From NCBI RefSeq assembly GCF_009914755.1, contig NC_060944.1: a DNA stretch of 64,000 bases. The stretch is one strand, 5' to 3'. This document shows, in pieces, positions 1 to 13,396 of this stretch. Position 1 is the first letter of the stretch. Every line of letters begins with the position of its first letter. Origin of the DNA: the human T2T-CHM13v2.0 reference genome, Homo sapiens. The notes under the pieces were generated by a model. It had not been told where the DNA came from, did no database searches, and saw only the letters and a list, made by a program, of their open reading frames with translations. The position numbers and the translations under genes were made by a program.

Positions 1-40
1 ACTCTTTGATGAGACTAAATTGAATTTACCTATATAATAA

Positions 41-660
41 CATTAATTCATCCAACAAATATTTATTAAGTGCCCTACTACATTTGACACATAGTGCCCT
101 AATAGAGAACAAAACAAAACCCACTCTGGTGGATTTTTATATTCTACTGGAAAGTCATAGAAAACAAACAAACAAATAGGTCTGACTTTGAAAAAAATGA
201 ATGAATGAATGAATAAAACTGGGTAAAAGGCTGTCAAGTAAATATGGTGTTCTGCTTTTTCTGATGAGGTAACATTTGGATAGAGGTCTAAATGCATTGA
301 GGGAAAAGGCAACATTGATATATTTGGGGACAGTTTTTGAAGCAAGAAGAAGATTAAATGCAAAGCTCCTGAGGTGGGATCAATAGGAATAGCACCATGT
401 AACCAAACAGAGAGGTTGGTTCCAGGTAGGGTGCAGATGAAGTCTTATATACCCTGATAATGACATTGTATATATGAAATGGGAAGTCATCCTAGAGTTT
501 TAAGCCTAGAAAATGTGATTATCTGGTTTATTTAAAATATATTATTTTCAATAATATGAGATTAGATTTTCCAGTATAGAAACAGAGCACGAAGGTTACT
601 CGAAATGTCCAGATAAGAGATAATGGAGCCAGAGACTGGGATGATTCACAGTTGAAGTGT
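41..660 (-). mobile_element. L2 LINE 3' fragment (ancient)
   Basis: Begins with reverse-complemented L2 tail (attcatccaacaaatatttattaagtgccctacta) and contains the typical 'atgcaaagctcctgaggtggga' L2 motif. Confidence 0.75.
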
Positions 661-994
661 ATGAAGATGTTCAGTAAGCAATCTTCTTTCATTTTTTTCT
701 AATTTAATAATATAATATCTTTAAACCTTGGATTTAGCCCTGGGGGACTTAAAATGGTAAGGATTATCTTGGGGGAGTCAGGAGGTGAAGTTAAGCTCTA
801 GACAGCATTCTGATGGCTGTGGGTGGTGTAAAAGGTAGTACATCTGCGTCTGTTCAATTATTATACCCACAAATTCACTTCAGATGGCAAATCTACTTTG
901 GGACTCAGTGGATATGGGCCGGGATATACAAATCTACTTAGGAACTTACCAGTTAACAACTACACATATATATCTACCATGGATAGCCATTTCA

Positions 995-1345
995 TGAGGA
1001 CTTTCTCATATATATATATATCTCTCTCTATATATATATAGATATATATATACAGATATATATACACACATATCTATATATATAGAGAGAGATATATATA
1101 TGGACTTCCATATATATATAAATATATATGAGGACTTTCATATATATAGATTTAAATATATATGAGGACTTTCATATATATAGATATAAATATATATGAG
1201 GACTTTCATATATATAGGAATAGTACCATGTAAGATGCACCATGTAATATATAATTCATATATATGAATATATATGTGAATAGCACCATGTAATATATAA
1301 TAGCACCATGTAATATGTAATTCATATATATGCGTGTATATATAT
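995..1345. repeat. AT-rich compound microsatellite/minisatellite
   Basis: (TA)n runs with repeated ~34-bp 'atgaggactttcatatatatag..' units and repeated 'aatagcaccatgtaa' units. Confidence 0.9.
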
Positions 1346-1989
1346 GGGTGTTAAATTTTAAATGAACTCTGCTGAACATCATCTGTAATATTTCTCTAGT
1401 TAGTAAGCTGAATAATGGTCTATTAAAAATGCACTCTATTCTCTCTTCAAACAAGAACAATTTAATGAGTGGCAGTGGATTGTTTTGCATTTGAAAAATA
1501 TTTAAGTTGACTTGCCACACTTTGATTTCAGTGCAGGTTGTGTGTTATTTTTGTGTTGTTTCAAACCACACAGGTGTCATTTCTCAAAATGATCTGGAAC
1601 ATAATTACTCATCAATGAGTAGGAAAATTTTTTCTTAGTTCTTTCTTCCTCTACATAAAGATTGACATTCATTTTCATAGAGCACAATTTTGAGGCTTAG
1701 ATTTTAAGCTTTCTAATTGCATTTGCAAATAAATGTTATGCTTCCTGTAATTGAATAATGGAAACAGGAAATGCTAGTTTATCTCAATAAGATAAGCATC
1801 ATCATTGTTTTCCTATTTTTCTGGAACCCGTAGGGCCAGATTCAGCACTTGAGGTAACCTGCAATACTCCAGCATCTCAATTAAGAAATGCTTTGAGAGA
1901 CATTATGAATATCTTCCAATTCTTATTGGTCTAGGTTGTAGATGAGAATCCTGACATCTGTTCTTTGCTGTTCTCAAAGTGCTTTTCTG

Positions 1990-2180
1990 TAATCATTTGG
2001 TCCTTATACCACCTTCAGCATTAGGGAAATGAATTTTACTTTCATGTTTTATAGAAATGGGAACTGACATGCTGAGTGATTAAGAGATTGGCCCCAGGTC
2101 ATGTAGCCAAAAAATGATGGAGAAGAGAGTCAAACACAAGTATGCAGATTGGAAGTTCACAGTTCATTTTGTGCCTCCAC
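1990..2180 (-). mobile_element. MIR SINE
   Basis: 'ttttatagaaatgggaactgacatgctgagtgattaagagattggccccaggtcatgtagc' resembles the MIR core, antisense. Confidence 0.6.
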
Positions 2181-2219
2181 TGTCCCTCCCAGTTTGGTTG
2201 GGGTAGATGCAATAATAAA

Positions 2220-3154
2220 CCAGACTCCTCCAATTGTAAGTGACAAACCCAATTCAACCTGGTTTAAGCCAAAACATGAATCTATAACGTGATGTTAGAG
2301 TCCACAAGTAAGACTGCTATAAGACTGGACTTACAGGTAAAAATATGCTTACAGTAGAAAAGACAAGGTAGAAATGCTATTATCGCAAATCTGTTTCTCT
2401 CTATCAGCTCTGCCTTCTACTCCATCAGCTTTAGTTTCAGGCTCCAAGTGGTGGTGTCTGGTCAGTCCAGGGCAAAAGAGAAAACTCACTTTCTAGTAGT
2501 TCTAGCATTGTCTTTGTCCATCTTGTGTTGCCATAACAGAATGCCTGAGGCTGGGTAATTTATAAAGAAAAGAAGTTTATTTGGCTTATAATTCTGGTGG
2601 CTGAAAAGTTTAAGATTGAGCAGCTCCATCTGGTGAGGGCCTCATGGTGCTTCCAGTCATGGTGGAAAGTGGAAGGGGAGCAGGTATGCGTAAAGAGATC
2701 ACCTGGGGAAAGAGAAAGCGAGAGAGAAACCAGGAAGGCCAGACACTTTTTAACAGCTCACTCTCATGGGAACTAATCCATCCCTGCCAGAGCAAGAACT
2801 CCCTTACCCCACAAGAAAGGGCTTTGATCTATTCATGGGGGATGCACCCCCATGACCCAAACTGCCTCCCACTAGGTTCCACCTCTCAACATGGCCACAC
2901 TGGGGATCAAATGTCAACATGAGTTTTGGTGAAGACAAACCATATCCAAATGATTCACTGTGACTGAATGACTTGGATCATGTGCCCACCCTGGACCAAT
3001 TGCATCATTCAGAAAGATAAAATTACTCTGATTAGCCAGGCCTAGGTCTCCATTCAAACCATGTGGATTGATAATAGAGAACTAATGTTTCCTCCAATAG
3101 GCTCAGGGTGCTATTACAAAAAGAAGGATAATAGCAAAACAGATATCCATTACA
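2220..3154 (-). mobile_element. Old MaLR LTR (MLT1J/K/L-like) interrupted by MST LTR
   Basis: 'ttgtaagtgacaaacccaattcaacctggtttaagc' start and 'cagggtgctattac...cagatatccattaca' end typical of MLT1K-like LTRs. Confidence 0.55.
2509..2950 (-). mobile_element. MST-family MaLR solo LTR (MSTB/MSTC-like)
   Basis: 'tgtctttgtccatcttgtgttgccataacagaatgcctgaggctgggtaatttataaagaaaag...catgacccaaactgcctcccactagg...catatccaaa'. Confidence 0.85.
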
Positions 3155-3404
3155 AACTTATAAGAAAATGAGACAATTTTGTCTGACCTGGCCCTGACAT
3201 TTTCAGTTTTTTTTTCTCTTTAACAATTGTGTTAAGTTGTTTTTTAACAATTGTGTTGAGTGTTTCTAAAATTGCAATATGAAAATTTGTCGTTGATTAA
3301 TTTAAAATGTCTGTTAATAATTTCTGTTAAATGCCTTTCAACTTTGTGTTTTCCTGTCTCCGTCACTCTAGCAGGCTTCTGGTATATAAATAAATGGCGA
3401 TAGC

Positions 3405-3620
3405 ATACAACAGCCCCAGCACCAGGCTGAGTGGATTCAGATCACAGCTCTGTGACTTTTCTTGACTTGGATAAGTTAGTTAACCTCTCTGGGCTCCAGT
3501 CCCTTTTCTTCATTTGTAAAGTAGAGATAAAAAAGAATACTCACTTCATGGGGTTGTTGGGAGGATCATAGATAATGCCTAGAATTTGTTTGGCATGTGT
3601 AAGTGTTCAGCAAATATTCA
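3405..3620 (+). mobile_element. MIR SINE
   Basis: 'gacttggataagttagttaacctctctgggctccagt...catttgtaaagtagagataa...gttgttgggaggat' MIR core. Confidence 0.75.
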
Positions 3621-4719
3621 ACCTGATTATTGAACAAATCCCTAACTGATTGGAACAGCTTCTGGAATTTAGGAAGTTATCAGTGAATATTACTATTTGC
3701 TTTCTTCCCTTCACCCAGCAGCATTTTTGGGGGTCTCAAGAAAGGGTAGATTCAAATGTTCTCTTTTACATTGCTTTCGATTCTCTTGCAATACATGCAA
3801 GATGAAGCCTTTACAAATTGATGTATGTGAAGCCCACACATCTGGCTAGTTGACTGTGGTTCTAATTGCCCAATCTAATGCTTTTAGAAAATAATCACTT
3901 TCTTGCAAAACAAACAAACAAAAAATTTGTACTTGGCCAAAGGGAAATCAATCCTGTGTTCTGAATAGCTGAGTTCTCCTCAACATGCAGAGCAACGCTC
4001 AGAATGGAAACAAGCATGTAAACAACAGCTACAGAAAATTCAAAGCCTAGGTACAGAGCACCTTGATTCAGCACCTCTGGGAAATTAGAAACAGTCTCTT
4101 TTCAATTTAGTCTTAAAAAATCAGCTTCATCTACTATGTTCTTAAGAAAAATGGAAGTTACAGTCAAAATTAAGTTTCTTGTTACCTGTATGAGAGTGAC
4201 CATTGTCCCTGTTTTTACATGAAGCTGTAAATTTGATTATAAATACTTGCATACAAATGTGAAACAAAAGTCCTGGGTGAGAAGACAAAGCAAAGGAAGT
4301 TACCTCCAACTGTCCAAGTCATTCATATCAATGACCAGCTTGGGATCATGTCATTGACCTTTGAAAATCCCCATTGCCTGCACCACCAGCTACCTCCAAT
4401 TAAGCCAGGTTTTTGTGTAACTGTGGTTGAATATCAAGTGGATCAGCAGACTCAAAGCAGGAGTTGATGCTGGATGCTCCCATATTAATATGACAATATC
4501 ATGATTATTTTGGTATTTTTCTTAGTAGTTTAGATGTATATAGAACTTCAGGAAGCACTTACATTTTCTAATAGCATTCACTCTAAAATAATCACTAAAA
4601 TGGTTTATTGTGTTCCTTTTTTAAATGTGGAGATGGAAATTGTAATTCAGGGAGGTTTGACTTACGTAAATTTGTGTGGTTTGTAAGCAGTAAGGAAGCC
4701 AGGCAAAAGCAAACACTGA

Positions 4720-4940
4720 GTCAGTGTAGTATCATAATTAGGGTGAGTTTGGGAGCTAGACTCCACGTATATGGTTGTATTTAACATTCTAAGACTGAGT
4801 TTCTACCTCCACAAATAATTATAATGAGATCTGCCAAGGATTAAACCAGTTAATACATGTAGGACATTGATCACAGGGCTCAGCTCACAGAAATGATAAT
4901 TGCAATACCATTGCAATAATGGTAGCTTTTAGTTTTATTA
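4720..4940 (+). mobile_element. MIR SINE (degraded)
   Basis: 'ggagctagac...ctgagtttctacctccacaaataattataatg...ggattaaaccagttaatacatgt'. Confidence 0.5.
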
Positions 4941-5666
4941 TTTCCATTCTCACTCTAGAATTTTTCAAGCAATATATTTTATTTCCTCATAGTCAATAAA
5001 ATGCATGTATAGTTCCAGGCATGAGCATTTTCTGTAGAAAAATCAAAATGATCTTTTCTATTTCCCTGGCAAAATATAGTTTCTCAAATTAGTTCTTGAT
5101 AGACAAAATCTCCAGCACCCATACAACTATTGCATTTGAAACCAGACTTTTGGGGATTATATGTCTAGATATTTGCTAAATCTTCATTGAAAATTGTTTC
5201 CTTGCAGAACACGCATGTTTAAAATAGCCAAAGAAATGTGCGTTGAATCACCTAGATTATTGACTTAAAAAAATTAAATGTCAAATATCTTCCTAAAAGC
5301 TTTCTGACAGAATGACAAGTTAAATTTTTCACAAAACAGTTTGGCCTCTAAAACAATCAGTTGCAAAATGCCAGAAGTAACCAGGAGGGGTGATTCATGA
5401 CTTCCACACCTGTTTTGAGGTAAAGAAGCCAACAGTGGGTTGCAATTACACCAAGGCAGCCATGTGGACTCCCCCTCCTTCTTGGCCAATTAATGCTAAA
5501 AAAAGATCCTTTGTATTTGTGAAAAAGATGACTTGGGCCTATCTCTTGAAAATTCAAGGTTGGCATATTATGGGTGCATATTGAAATATTCTGATCATTA
5601 GGCAAAAAAGAGACTGTAAATAAGTTGGCTTTCATAATGCTATTTTTCAAGTCAACTTATTACTTG

Positions 5667-5835
5667 CAGGGTTTCTCAAAGCATGACACATATCTCACCT
5701 TTATGAAAATCATCCAGAGTACTTAATATAAATTTGGGTTTTCAGGCCCTGCCTTGGATGGACTAAATTAGAATCTTAGGGCATAAGGCCCTGAAATCTT
5801 TATTTCTAAAAAGAACCCCAAGTGATACTTTTACG
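5667..5835. mobile_element. MER5A hAT-Charlie DNA transposon relic
   Basis: 'cagggtttctcaaag...aatcatccagagtactt...gactaaattagaatct...gaaatctttatttctaaaaagaaccccaagtgat'. Confidence 0.7.
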
Positions 5836-6040
5836 AATGGGTTGAATAAGCTTTGTATGCACGTGTGCAAATCTTTTTAAATAATCCTACAAGAAAAAAT
5901 AAGTCAATGCTTGTTTGGATTTCAATCCAGAATGACTCTGATCCCTTTCTAAATATTTATCTTCTCCTCACATGTGCAGTCCCAGGTTTCATCCTAACAA
6001 TAAATTTCAATAAGAAACAGCTCTAAGAACTCTAGCAGCT

Positions 6041-6353
6041 TGAAGCTGGAGGCCATCATTCTCAGCAAGCCAAGACAAGAACAGAAAACCAAACACCACA
6101 TGTTCTCACTCATAAGTGGGAGCTGACCAATGAGAACACAGGGACACAGGGAAGGGAACATCACACACCGGGGCCTGAGCTGGGGTAGGGGGCTGGGGGA
6201 GAGATAGCATTAGGAAAAATACCTAATGTAGATGATGGGTTGATGGGTGCAGCAAACTGCCATGGCACATGTATACCTATGTAACAAACCTGCATGTTCT
6301 GCACATGTATCTCAGAACTTAAAGTATAATAAAAAAAATTAAAGACAAAAACA
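6041..6353 (+). mobile_element. 5'-truncated L1PA (L1PA7/8-like) 3' UTR with TSD
   Basis: L1 3' end 'gaagctggaggccatcattctcagc...ctcagaacttaaagtataataaaaa'; TSD aagaactctagcagcttg (6025-6042) / aaaaactgtagcagcttg (6354-6371). Confidence 0.92.
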
Positions 6354-6692
6354 AAAAACTGTAGCAGCTTGTGCAACGTGAAGAACAAAGGCCATTTCTG
6401 CATCTCATACCTGTTGGACACTGGGTGCATTTGTGAGACACTGGGCAACTCACCAAGTGCTTTCGCTTTCCCACTGGCCTTAGTAGCAGGTCTCTACTCT
6501 CGCTTCTTGTATATACATGGTCTTCAACTCTGTCATTTAGGGAATACAATTAGAAATAAAATTCTGGAGTCTGCCTGCAGTTATTTAAGTAGGTTACTAA
6601 TAAACACGTGGTAAAATTCTTTTATATTTTTTCATTTTAGTAATGTAATGATAGTTACATTCAAAACACATGCACTCATGCAACTGTAGGTA

Positions 6693-6990
6693 AACACACA
6701 CACACATACACAGAGACACACATAAGTTGAGCTGTCCTATTAGAAAATTTTAAAATATATAAATATATTGTATATATATACTATATATAGTATACATATA
6801 GTATATATACTATATGTAATATACATACTATATATACTATATAAAATATACAGTATATATACTATATAAAATATACACACTATATATACTATATATTATA
6901 CATATAGTATATACTATATATAGTATATATATTATATATAATATATAGTATGATGCACTATATATGTAATATATAGCATATATAGTATGT
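6693..6990. repeat. (CA)n plus AT-rich low-complexity tract
   Basis: Direct inspection. Confidence 0.85.
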
Positions 6991-7790
6991 ATCTTAAAAA
7001 ACCATTTTCTCCATCTTATATTTTAAAAACCCTTCATATTGTATTCAGCTATTCTACGGTGGGAGAGGGGCAAAATTGAAACAGGAGTAACCTTGTAATT
7101 TCATTAATGGGTAGGATGTTTTTCCTCATTCTTGCCAATTACAAACAATAATGTTCGCCCCCCTCCTGACATAGGATGTAAAATGCCCTTTGCTCTCACT
7201 TAAAGACAAAATTCAGCTTTTATCAAATCACTAAATTAACATAGGAAGAGTTATTAAATTAAACCTGGGCGGTGCAATTAAAACAAACTTTCACATCATT
7301 TCTCTAGAGGTAAAGAAAAAGGTTACATATGCAACCAGAGCGTTCTGCTAATCCATAAAGAAGTCCACAGGGCCCAAGTGAGTTGCAGAGCCATCTCCAA
7401 GACAGAGTGACTGCTGTGTAAAGCAGCCAAGGCCCGCTGAAAGCATAAGACTCATTTCCTGTATTTCAAGACAAAGCAGACACTTCACACTGGATACAAG
7501 GGAATTGAGATTTACGGAATTTGTTGAATATGTCTATTCTATAGGCATACATCTTGTTTCATTTAATCCTTATAACTGCCCTAACGGGTGGGCCCAGCTA
7601 TCTCCTTGATAATATGAAAATCAAGGTTGTTAAGCCAGCAAGGAGCAGGAAATATTCCATCCTAGGATGGCCTGATTAGGGACATTCCACCAAGGAGATT
7701 CCAATTCAAGACCCTACATGTGCTGGCAGTGTCTCTCCTCAGTGTCCCCATGTTGAACCACAATACCTTTTATTCCTTTCATTCTTGTCT

Positions 7791-8005
7791 AGGGATTGGA
7801 AGACTATGACCAAATCCAGTCACTACCTATTCTTGTAAATAAAGTTTTATTGGAACATAGCCACCTCCATTCATTTAAATATTGCTCATGACTGCTTTTA
7901 TGCTACTGCTACAGAGTCAAGTATTTGTAACAGAGACCTCATAGCCCACAGATACTAGAACATCTGGTACCTGTATTTTCAAATAAAAAGTGTGCTGGCC
8001 CCTGC
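7791..8005 (+). mobile_element. MER58A hAT-Charlie MITE
   Basis: 'ttgtaaataaagttttattggaacatagccac...acagagacc...tgctggcccctg' matches MER58A consensus as recalled. Confidence 0.85.
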
Positions 8006-9759
8006 TCTAGTCATACTGAGAGTCTTCTCTGCCCCAAGATTAGAACAGGTCCTTTCTTGTCCCTCAGGTTCTCCCCACATGCTGTCCCCTTTGCCTGAAG
8101 TTAACTTCGTGGTATCCTTTTATTGGGGACTCTCTCATCTTTCAGGACTGTTTTCAAAGGACATTTCCCTGAGGGGTCATCGCTCATTAACCAGGCCCAG
8201 GCTTTATTTTTTCATGGCTGCCATCCTCTTTAAGTGTAATACTTTATATGTTGTTAGCCTAGAACAGAGCTCCACGTGGGTAGGGATCACATCTATGTAT
8301 TCATTTGACACAAGCAGGGCCCAGCCGTCCTGGAATGGGTGCTCACATAATAAATTGATATTCTAGAAGAAATTTGGCAGAAAAAGATAAACTGTAGCAG
8401 AGATAGTCTGACTTATTCTAGAAAAACACTGTTAAAATGAGAAAAATTCGCTCTTTAAAACTACCATTACATGTAGAGATAGAACTACATAGAGTTAAAA
8501 ATAGATTTGTAGATATAGAACCTGTCATGTGAATAAGCTGTTGTTAAAAGAGATTAAACCTTTTTAATAAGGTGTAATAAGGTAAGGACAAGTAGCACCC
8601 AGCATTAGGTTAGGTTTTATTTCAAAAGTTGGCTTATTACAACCCCAGATGGGTTTTCCACCGTCATATCTGGTGGTTAAATTTCAAACTGCCCCTCAAA
8701 AACTTCAAGACTAACAATCTTAGTAGTTATGAAGCAAGGCAGACATTTAGGCCATAAGAGAATATTCTAATTCCTCCCTTCCTAGGTGAAAAGCAGACAC
8801 CACAGGCATTTTAACAAACGGGTCAGAAGCGAATCTTACCTTGGTCAGCCTGTCTCACCGGACTTTGTGCACCTCCCCTCACTTCCTAATCAGTCCCTTC
8901 CAGGCCCTCATTAATGTACGATTTTATCTAGCAGATAGGAACTCAAGAATTTTACAGTTTAGTAGACTGATTAAAGTAAGCACATATCTAATTGTCTTAG
9001 GGCAGTGCCCCCAAGAAAGGTAAGAAAAAGTGTAGTGAGGGCTAACAAACACTGTTCAGCACAGCAGTTAAAAGAATAGGTTAGATTCAAATCCAGGTAC
9101 GTGAGGATGCATGTGTATGTGTGTGGGCATATATATATGAAATATACTATTTGATTAATGTTTCAGTATAACTCCTCCAGTGTTTTCACTCAGCAATGTT
9201 TTTTATGTTGCAATCTTAAATATCTTCCCTATTCTTTTTAAAGGTTGTATGATATTCTATGAGAAATTAGACACTCTTGTGTTCTCTAAACACTTCAAGC
9301 TTCTGTTACGATAACCCCCATGGCTGTTACTATACATGGCTGTGGGAACTGAGCTGATCAGGGCTGAGAAAATAGTTCTAACAGAGAGACTGTTTTCAAT
9401 CTCAGTGGTATTAAGTCAGGAACTGAAAGCACTTGAAGGACTAAGAATTTGATATGCAATTAATATATAAAATATGAATATATAGTTGAGTATAGAAAGG
9501 AGCATTATTAGTGGACATAGGTGGAATAAGATTTAGTGCAAAGAGTTTAGATCATTTTTATTTTTAGGCCTCAGACATAAATCTGAAATGCTTAACAGAA
9601 CAGTGTGGCAAAGAAATACTTTTCAAAATTATTCAAAGTAATTTTTAGTAATTTACTCAAAGTAAATTTGGAACATCAAAATTTCAATATAGTATTAGAT
9701 TCTCTACCCAGAAGTCCCCACATGTGCTAATTCCCAATATCATCAGTCTGTCCCTATTA

Positions 9760-9941
9760 CAACTTTGAAATATCTATGTTATTGCATTGTGTTGTCTTTA
9801 TTTGTGCATGCCTGCTGCCTTAACTCTGAGCTTATTTTGAAGGCAGAAACTGTGTCTTATTCATTTGTATATTACCAGTATCTGACACAGTACCCAACAC
9901 AATGTAGGTCCTAAAAAAGTTTTTGGAATGAATGAATGAAT
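9760..9941 (+). mobile_element. L2 3' tail
   Basis: 'gaaggcagaaactgtgtcttattcatttgtat...cacagtacccaacacaatgtagg...gaatgaatgaatgaat'. Confidence 0.75.
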
Positions 9942-9989
9942 CAGTGGCTTCATTAAAAACATGTGATCCATATGCCAATGTTAGGAAGA

Positions 9990-10150
9990 CATTTTGCTTT
10001 AGGATCAAGCAAATCTGGTTTTTAAATTGCTCTGCCATTTACTAGCTATGAGACTTTAGAGGAAATAAACTCTCAAGGCCCAATTTTCCACCCGTAAAAT
10101 GGGAGTGATAATATCCTTATAGAAGCATTGCACAGATTAAAGGAAGTAGG
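9990..10150 (+). mobile_element. MIR SINE (continues at ~10570-10610 after MLT insertion)
   Basis: 'ctctgccatttactagctatgagacttt...gtaaaatgggagtgataata...cagattaaa'. Confidence 0.7.
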
Positions 10151-10155
10151 ACATC

Positions 10156-10566
10156 TGTATTGGTTAGCTTTTGATGAATAACAGATCACCCCACTTTTGG
10201 TGCCTTAAAACAATAAACATTTATTATTTCTCACACATCAGTGTCAGTTCATCTGAGATGGTCTCGCTGACATGTCCAATAATTGGCAGGCTATTGGCTC
10301 AGATACCCTGGTTCTCCTCCACAGGGCTTCTCTAGCAAAAGATTTCAGGCTCATTCTCTTGGTGGTGCTCGGGTCCAAGGGCAGTGGGAGAGAGCAAGCC
10401 CAGATGTGCAAAGCACCTTTCAAGCCTCTACTTACATCACATTTCCTATCGTCTCATTTGCCAAAGTAAAGTACATGACCAATCCCAGAATCAGTATGGG
10501 AGGGGTGTACCCAAGATGCAGATAGAGGTTGGGCAATTATTGCAGCTATTTTGCAATCAATCAACA
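10156..10566 (-). mobile_element. MLT1 (G/H/I-like) MaLR LTR
   Basis: 'tgtattggttagcttttgatgaataacagatcacc...ttaaaacaataaacatttattatttctcac...tttgccaaagtaaagtacatgacc...ttttgcaatc'. Confidence 0.7.
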
Positions 10567-10614
10567 CTCAGCATCTTAAGTGTTTAGCACAGTGTCTAGA
10601 AAATAAAAATATTT

Positions 10615-10925
<311 letters not shown>

Positions 10926-10996
10926 TTAGGTTAGCAATAATCATAGCACAACCATTGTTGTTATTATACAAAAAAGCATTTTCTATAAAGAAAATT

Positions 10997-11072
10997 ATCA
11001 TATATGATCATATATATCATATATGATCATATATATCATATATGATCATATATATCATATATGATCATATAT
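10997..11072. repeat. 4 x 19-bp perfect tandem repeat ATCATATATGATCATATAT
   Basis: Four identical units read directly. Confidence 0.95.
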
Positions 11073-11209
11073 AATTTCCATGATACTTTCTTGAGATCCT
11101 TCTTAGCTTCTAACTGCTCCATCTGTAAGTCTCTGCCTTATCAGGAATCTATCACTCTTCTTTCACATGGAATTATTACTACTGACAGCTGATGATGATA
11201 CTTATATCT

Positions 11210-11732
11210 TGAGATGGAATCTAAGTCTGGGTTCCCTCCGAATCAGAATTTCAGCAAGAGCTTTGAGGCAGATGGTTTATTCGGAAGGGAAAGCTGGGAA
11301 ACAGGAGACAGACAGAACAAAGTGGGGAAGAAAAGACAGCCCAACATAGGAATGAATTGCCTGTGATGTTGTGAGAAAAGCAGATGAATTGCTTCAGGAT
11401 CTCTGGGAAGCATAAACTATGCTTCTCTATACTGTCTAACCAATAGACAGGAGACTGAGCATTAATCCCCTGGCTCCCGCCTCCCCTGCGTTGAATTTGC
11501 TCATGGAGCATTAAGCCCTTCTCACCTCACTCCTGTACTTGCCAGCTGTGTTTGCCTACGGGCCCAGGAGACTCACAGGTCAGCCCTAGAGCTTGATTTA
11601 CAGACACTACAGGGGCACACTTTAGGTGGGATACTTTCAGTGGGAGGTGAGCTGGAAATGGCCACCAAAGCTGCCGCTGAAATTGAATATGTCCCAAGGA
11701 GCTATAACAGGAACACCCCTAGCATCTTCTGT
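11210..11732 (-). mobile_element. ERVL LTR (LTR33-like)
   Basis: 'ctaagtctgggttccctccgaatcaga...gatggtttattcggaagg...aacacccctagcatcttctg' resembles antisense LTR33. Confidence 0.55.
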
Positions 11733-13261
11733 GGATGGTAAAAAGAGAGAAAAAATAATTGCAGGACTTGCAGGTGACAGTTTCCCATCATAACTCCACT
11801 CCACAAGTGAGCCTACACTGCCCTGGAGGGCTTTCACTGCCAGTGCATTTCTAGCAACATTGGAAACATAACCAGGAAAACAGTGATGCATGGCCCATCG
11901 GAAGAGGCACAATCATCAATAAAGCTACAGTTTATTTCACAGTTTGATCTGAGTGGTATTGTTTTATGCAAGTCTTTCTTCAAATATCTTCCAAGCCACT
12001 TTACATTTTAAATGTTACAAATCCTAATACCCATGTTTTGTTTTGCTAATTTTTTTGAATGGGTATCTTTAAGAAACTATCTGTCTGTCATATAAAGAAC
12101 TGGCCATCAGGTTATTCAAATAAGCACTTAAAACTACATGGAGAAGAAGAGCCTGAAGTTGTATTTATTCTAATAAGTTGATGCTTAAGGATTCAGTGTG
12201 ATTTTCTTTTCTGCTTTTTAGAAGCAGCAGAAACAATAAACAATTATCTCTTGGCATACCCTTGATCAAGACAGCCAATTACAAATACTCTGTATTTATG
12301 TTCCCTGTGTTTGGTAAGACAATTTTAAATATAGACATCATTGACATTGAAATTATACCTTGTCCAATTGTCTTGCATACACAAGGAACCTTACAGGTTG
12401 AAGAATTCACTCCAACTCCTCACTTAGTTTTTTAAAAAGAAAAGTGAAATTGGTTAAACTGGTAAAATCAAACAGATATCTTGACATCAGAACACAAAGT
12501 CAAAGGCGAAGTTTCCAGGACATCGAAGTCACTTACATCCTCTGCTCAGCTTGTAGAGAATGCAGCATGTTTTATTTCCTAATTAATCACAGCTCAGTCA
12601 TGTGGCACTTAAGTGCCTACCACTTGCTTGGAAACCAGTAGGAATTAAGCTGGGCTGGGAAGGCTGTAAGATCAAGCCTTTATGATTGTTCTCAGGAATT
12701 AACTGATAAATAATATATGCAACATCCCACTGATTCAAGGAACACTGAGTTTGATCTTAGAAATCCACTTACAGAATTTTTGTAAACAAGTCTGATATGA
12801 TTCCTGATATATTGTATGCTTTCTCATGAATTTTATTGAATAAATATGCACACACGGGCAGTCTGATTCAGGCATATGTGTATTATTTATTTTTCAATTT
12901 GACAAAACGTTTATTTGAAAGTAGTTTTAATGAAAGATAGATGTGCTTTTGGGTTGCTCTTATGATTTGATGTGAAATAAAAATAATGACATTGCCTTAT
13001 GTAAATATGATTTTAACAAAGTAAAAAATACTTAGTTTCAAAAATACAGTATTCTGATTTCAACAGTTACATTATACACACAAAATCTCCTGTGATATTG
13101 ATGAAAAGAAAAGAGGCTTGAGAAAGCTGAATATGAAATTCTGCAATGATGCATGATCTTATAGACAAGAACTTGATATATTGGGGCATGAACAGGGATA
13201 TAGTTAGTTCTGATTAACACGTCAGCAAGACGCCATTCATGTAGTTCCTGGGCTGCAAATG

Positions 13262-13396
13262 ACAGACCATTTACTGGGGTTGTACACAAATTGTTCAAGT
13301 GAAGAATCAGTCAACTAAGGCATTTTTAAACAGACTGTTTACTGGGGTTATATCAAAATTGTTCAAATGAAGAATCAGTCAACTAAGGCATTTTAA
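13262..13396. repeat. ~68-bp tandem duplication in unique sequence
   Basis: acagac..tttactggggtt...gaagaatcagtcaactaaggcatttt twice (13262-13329, 13330-13396). Confidence 0.9.
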
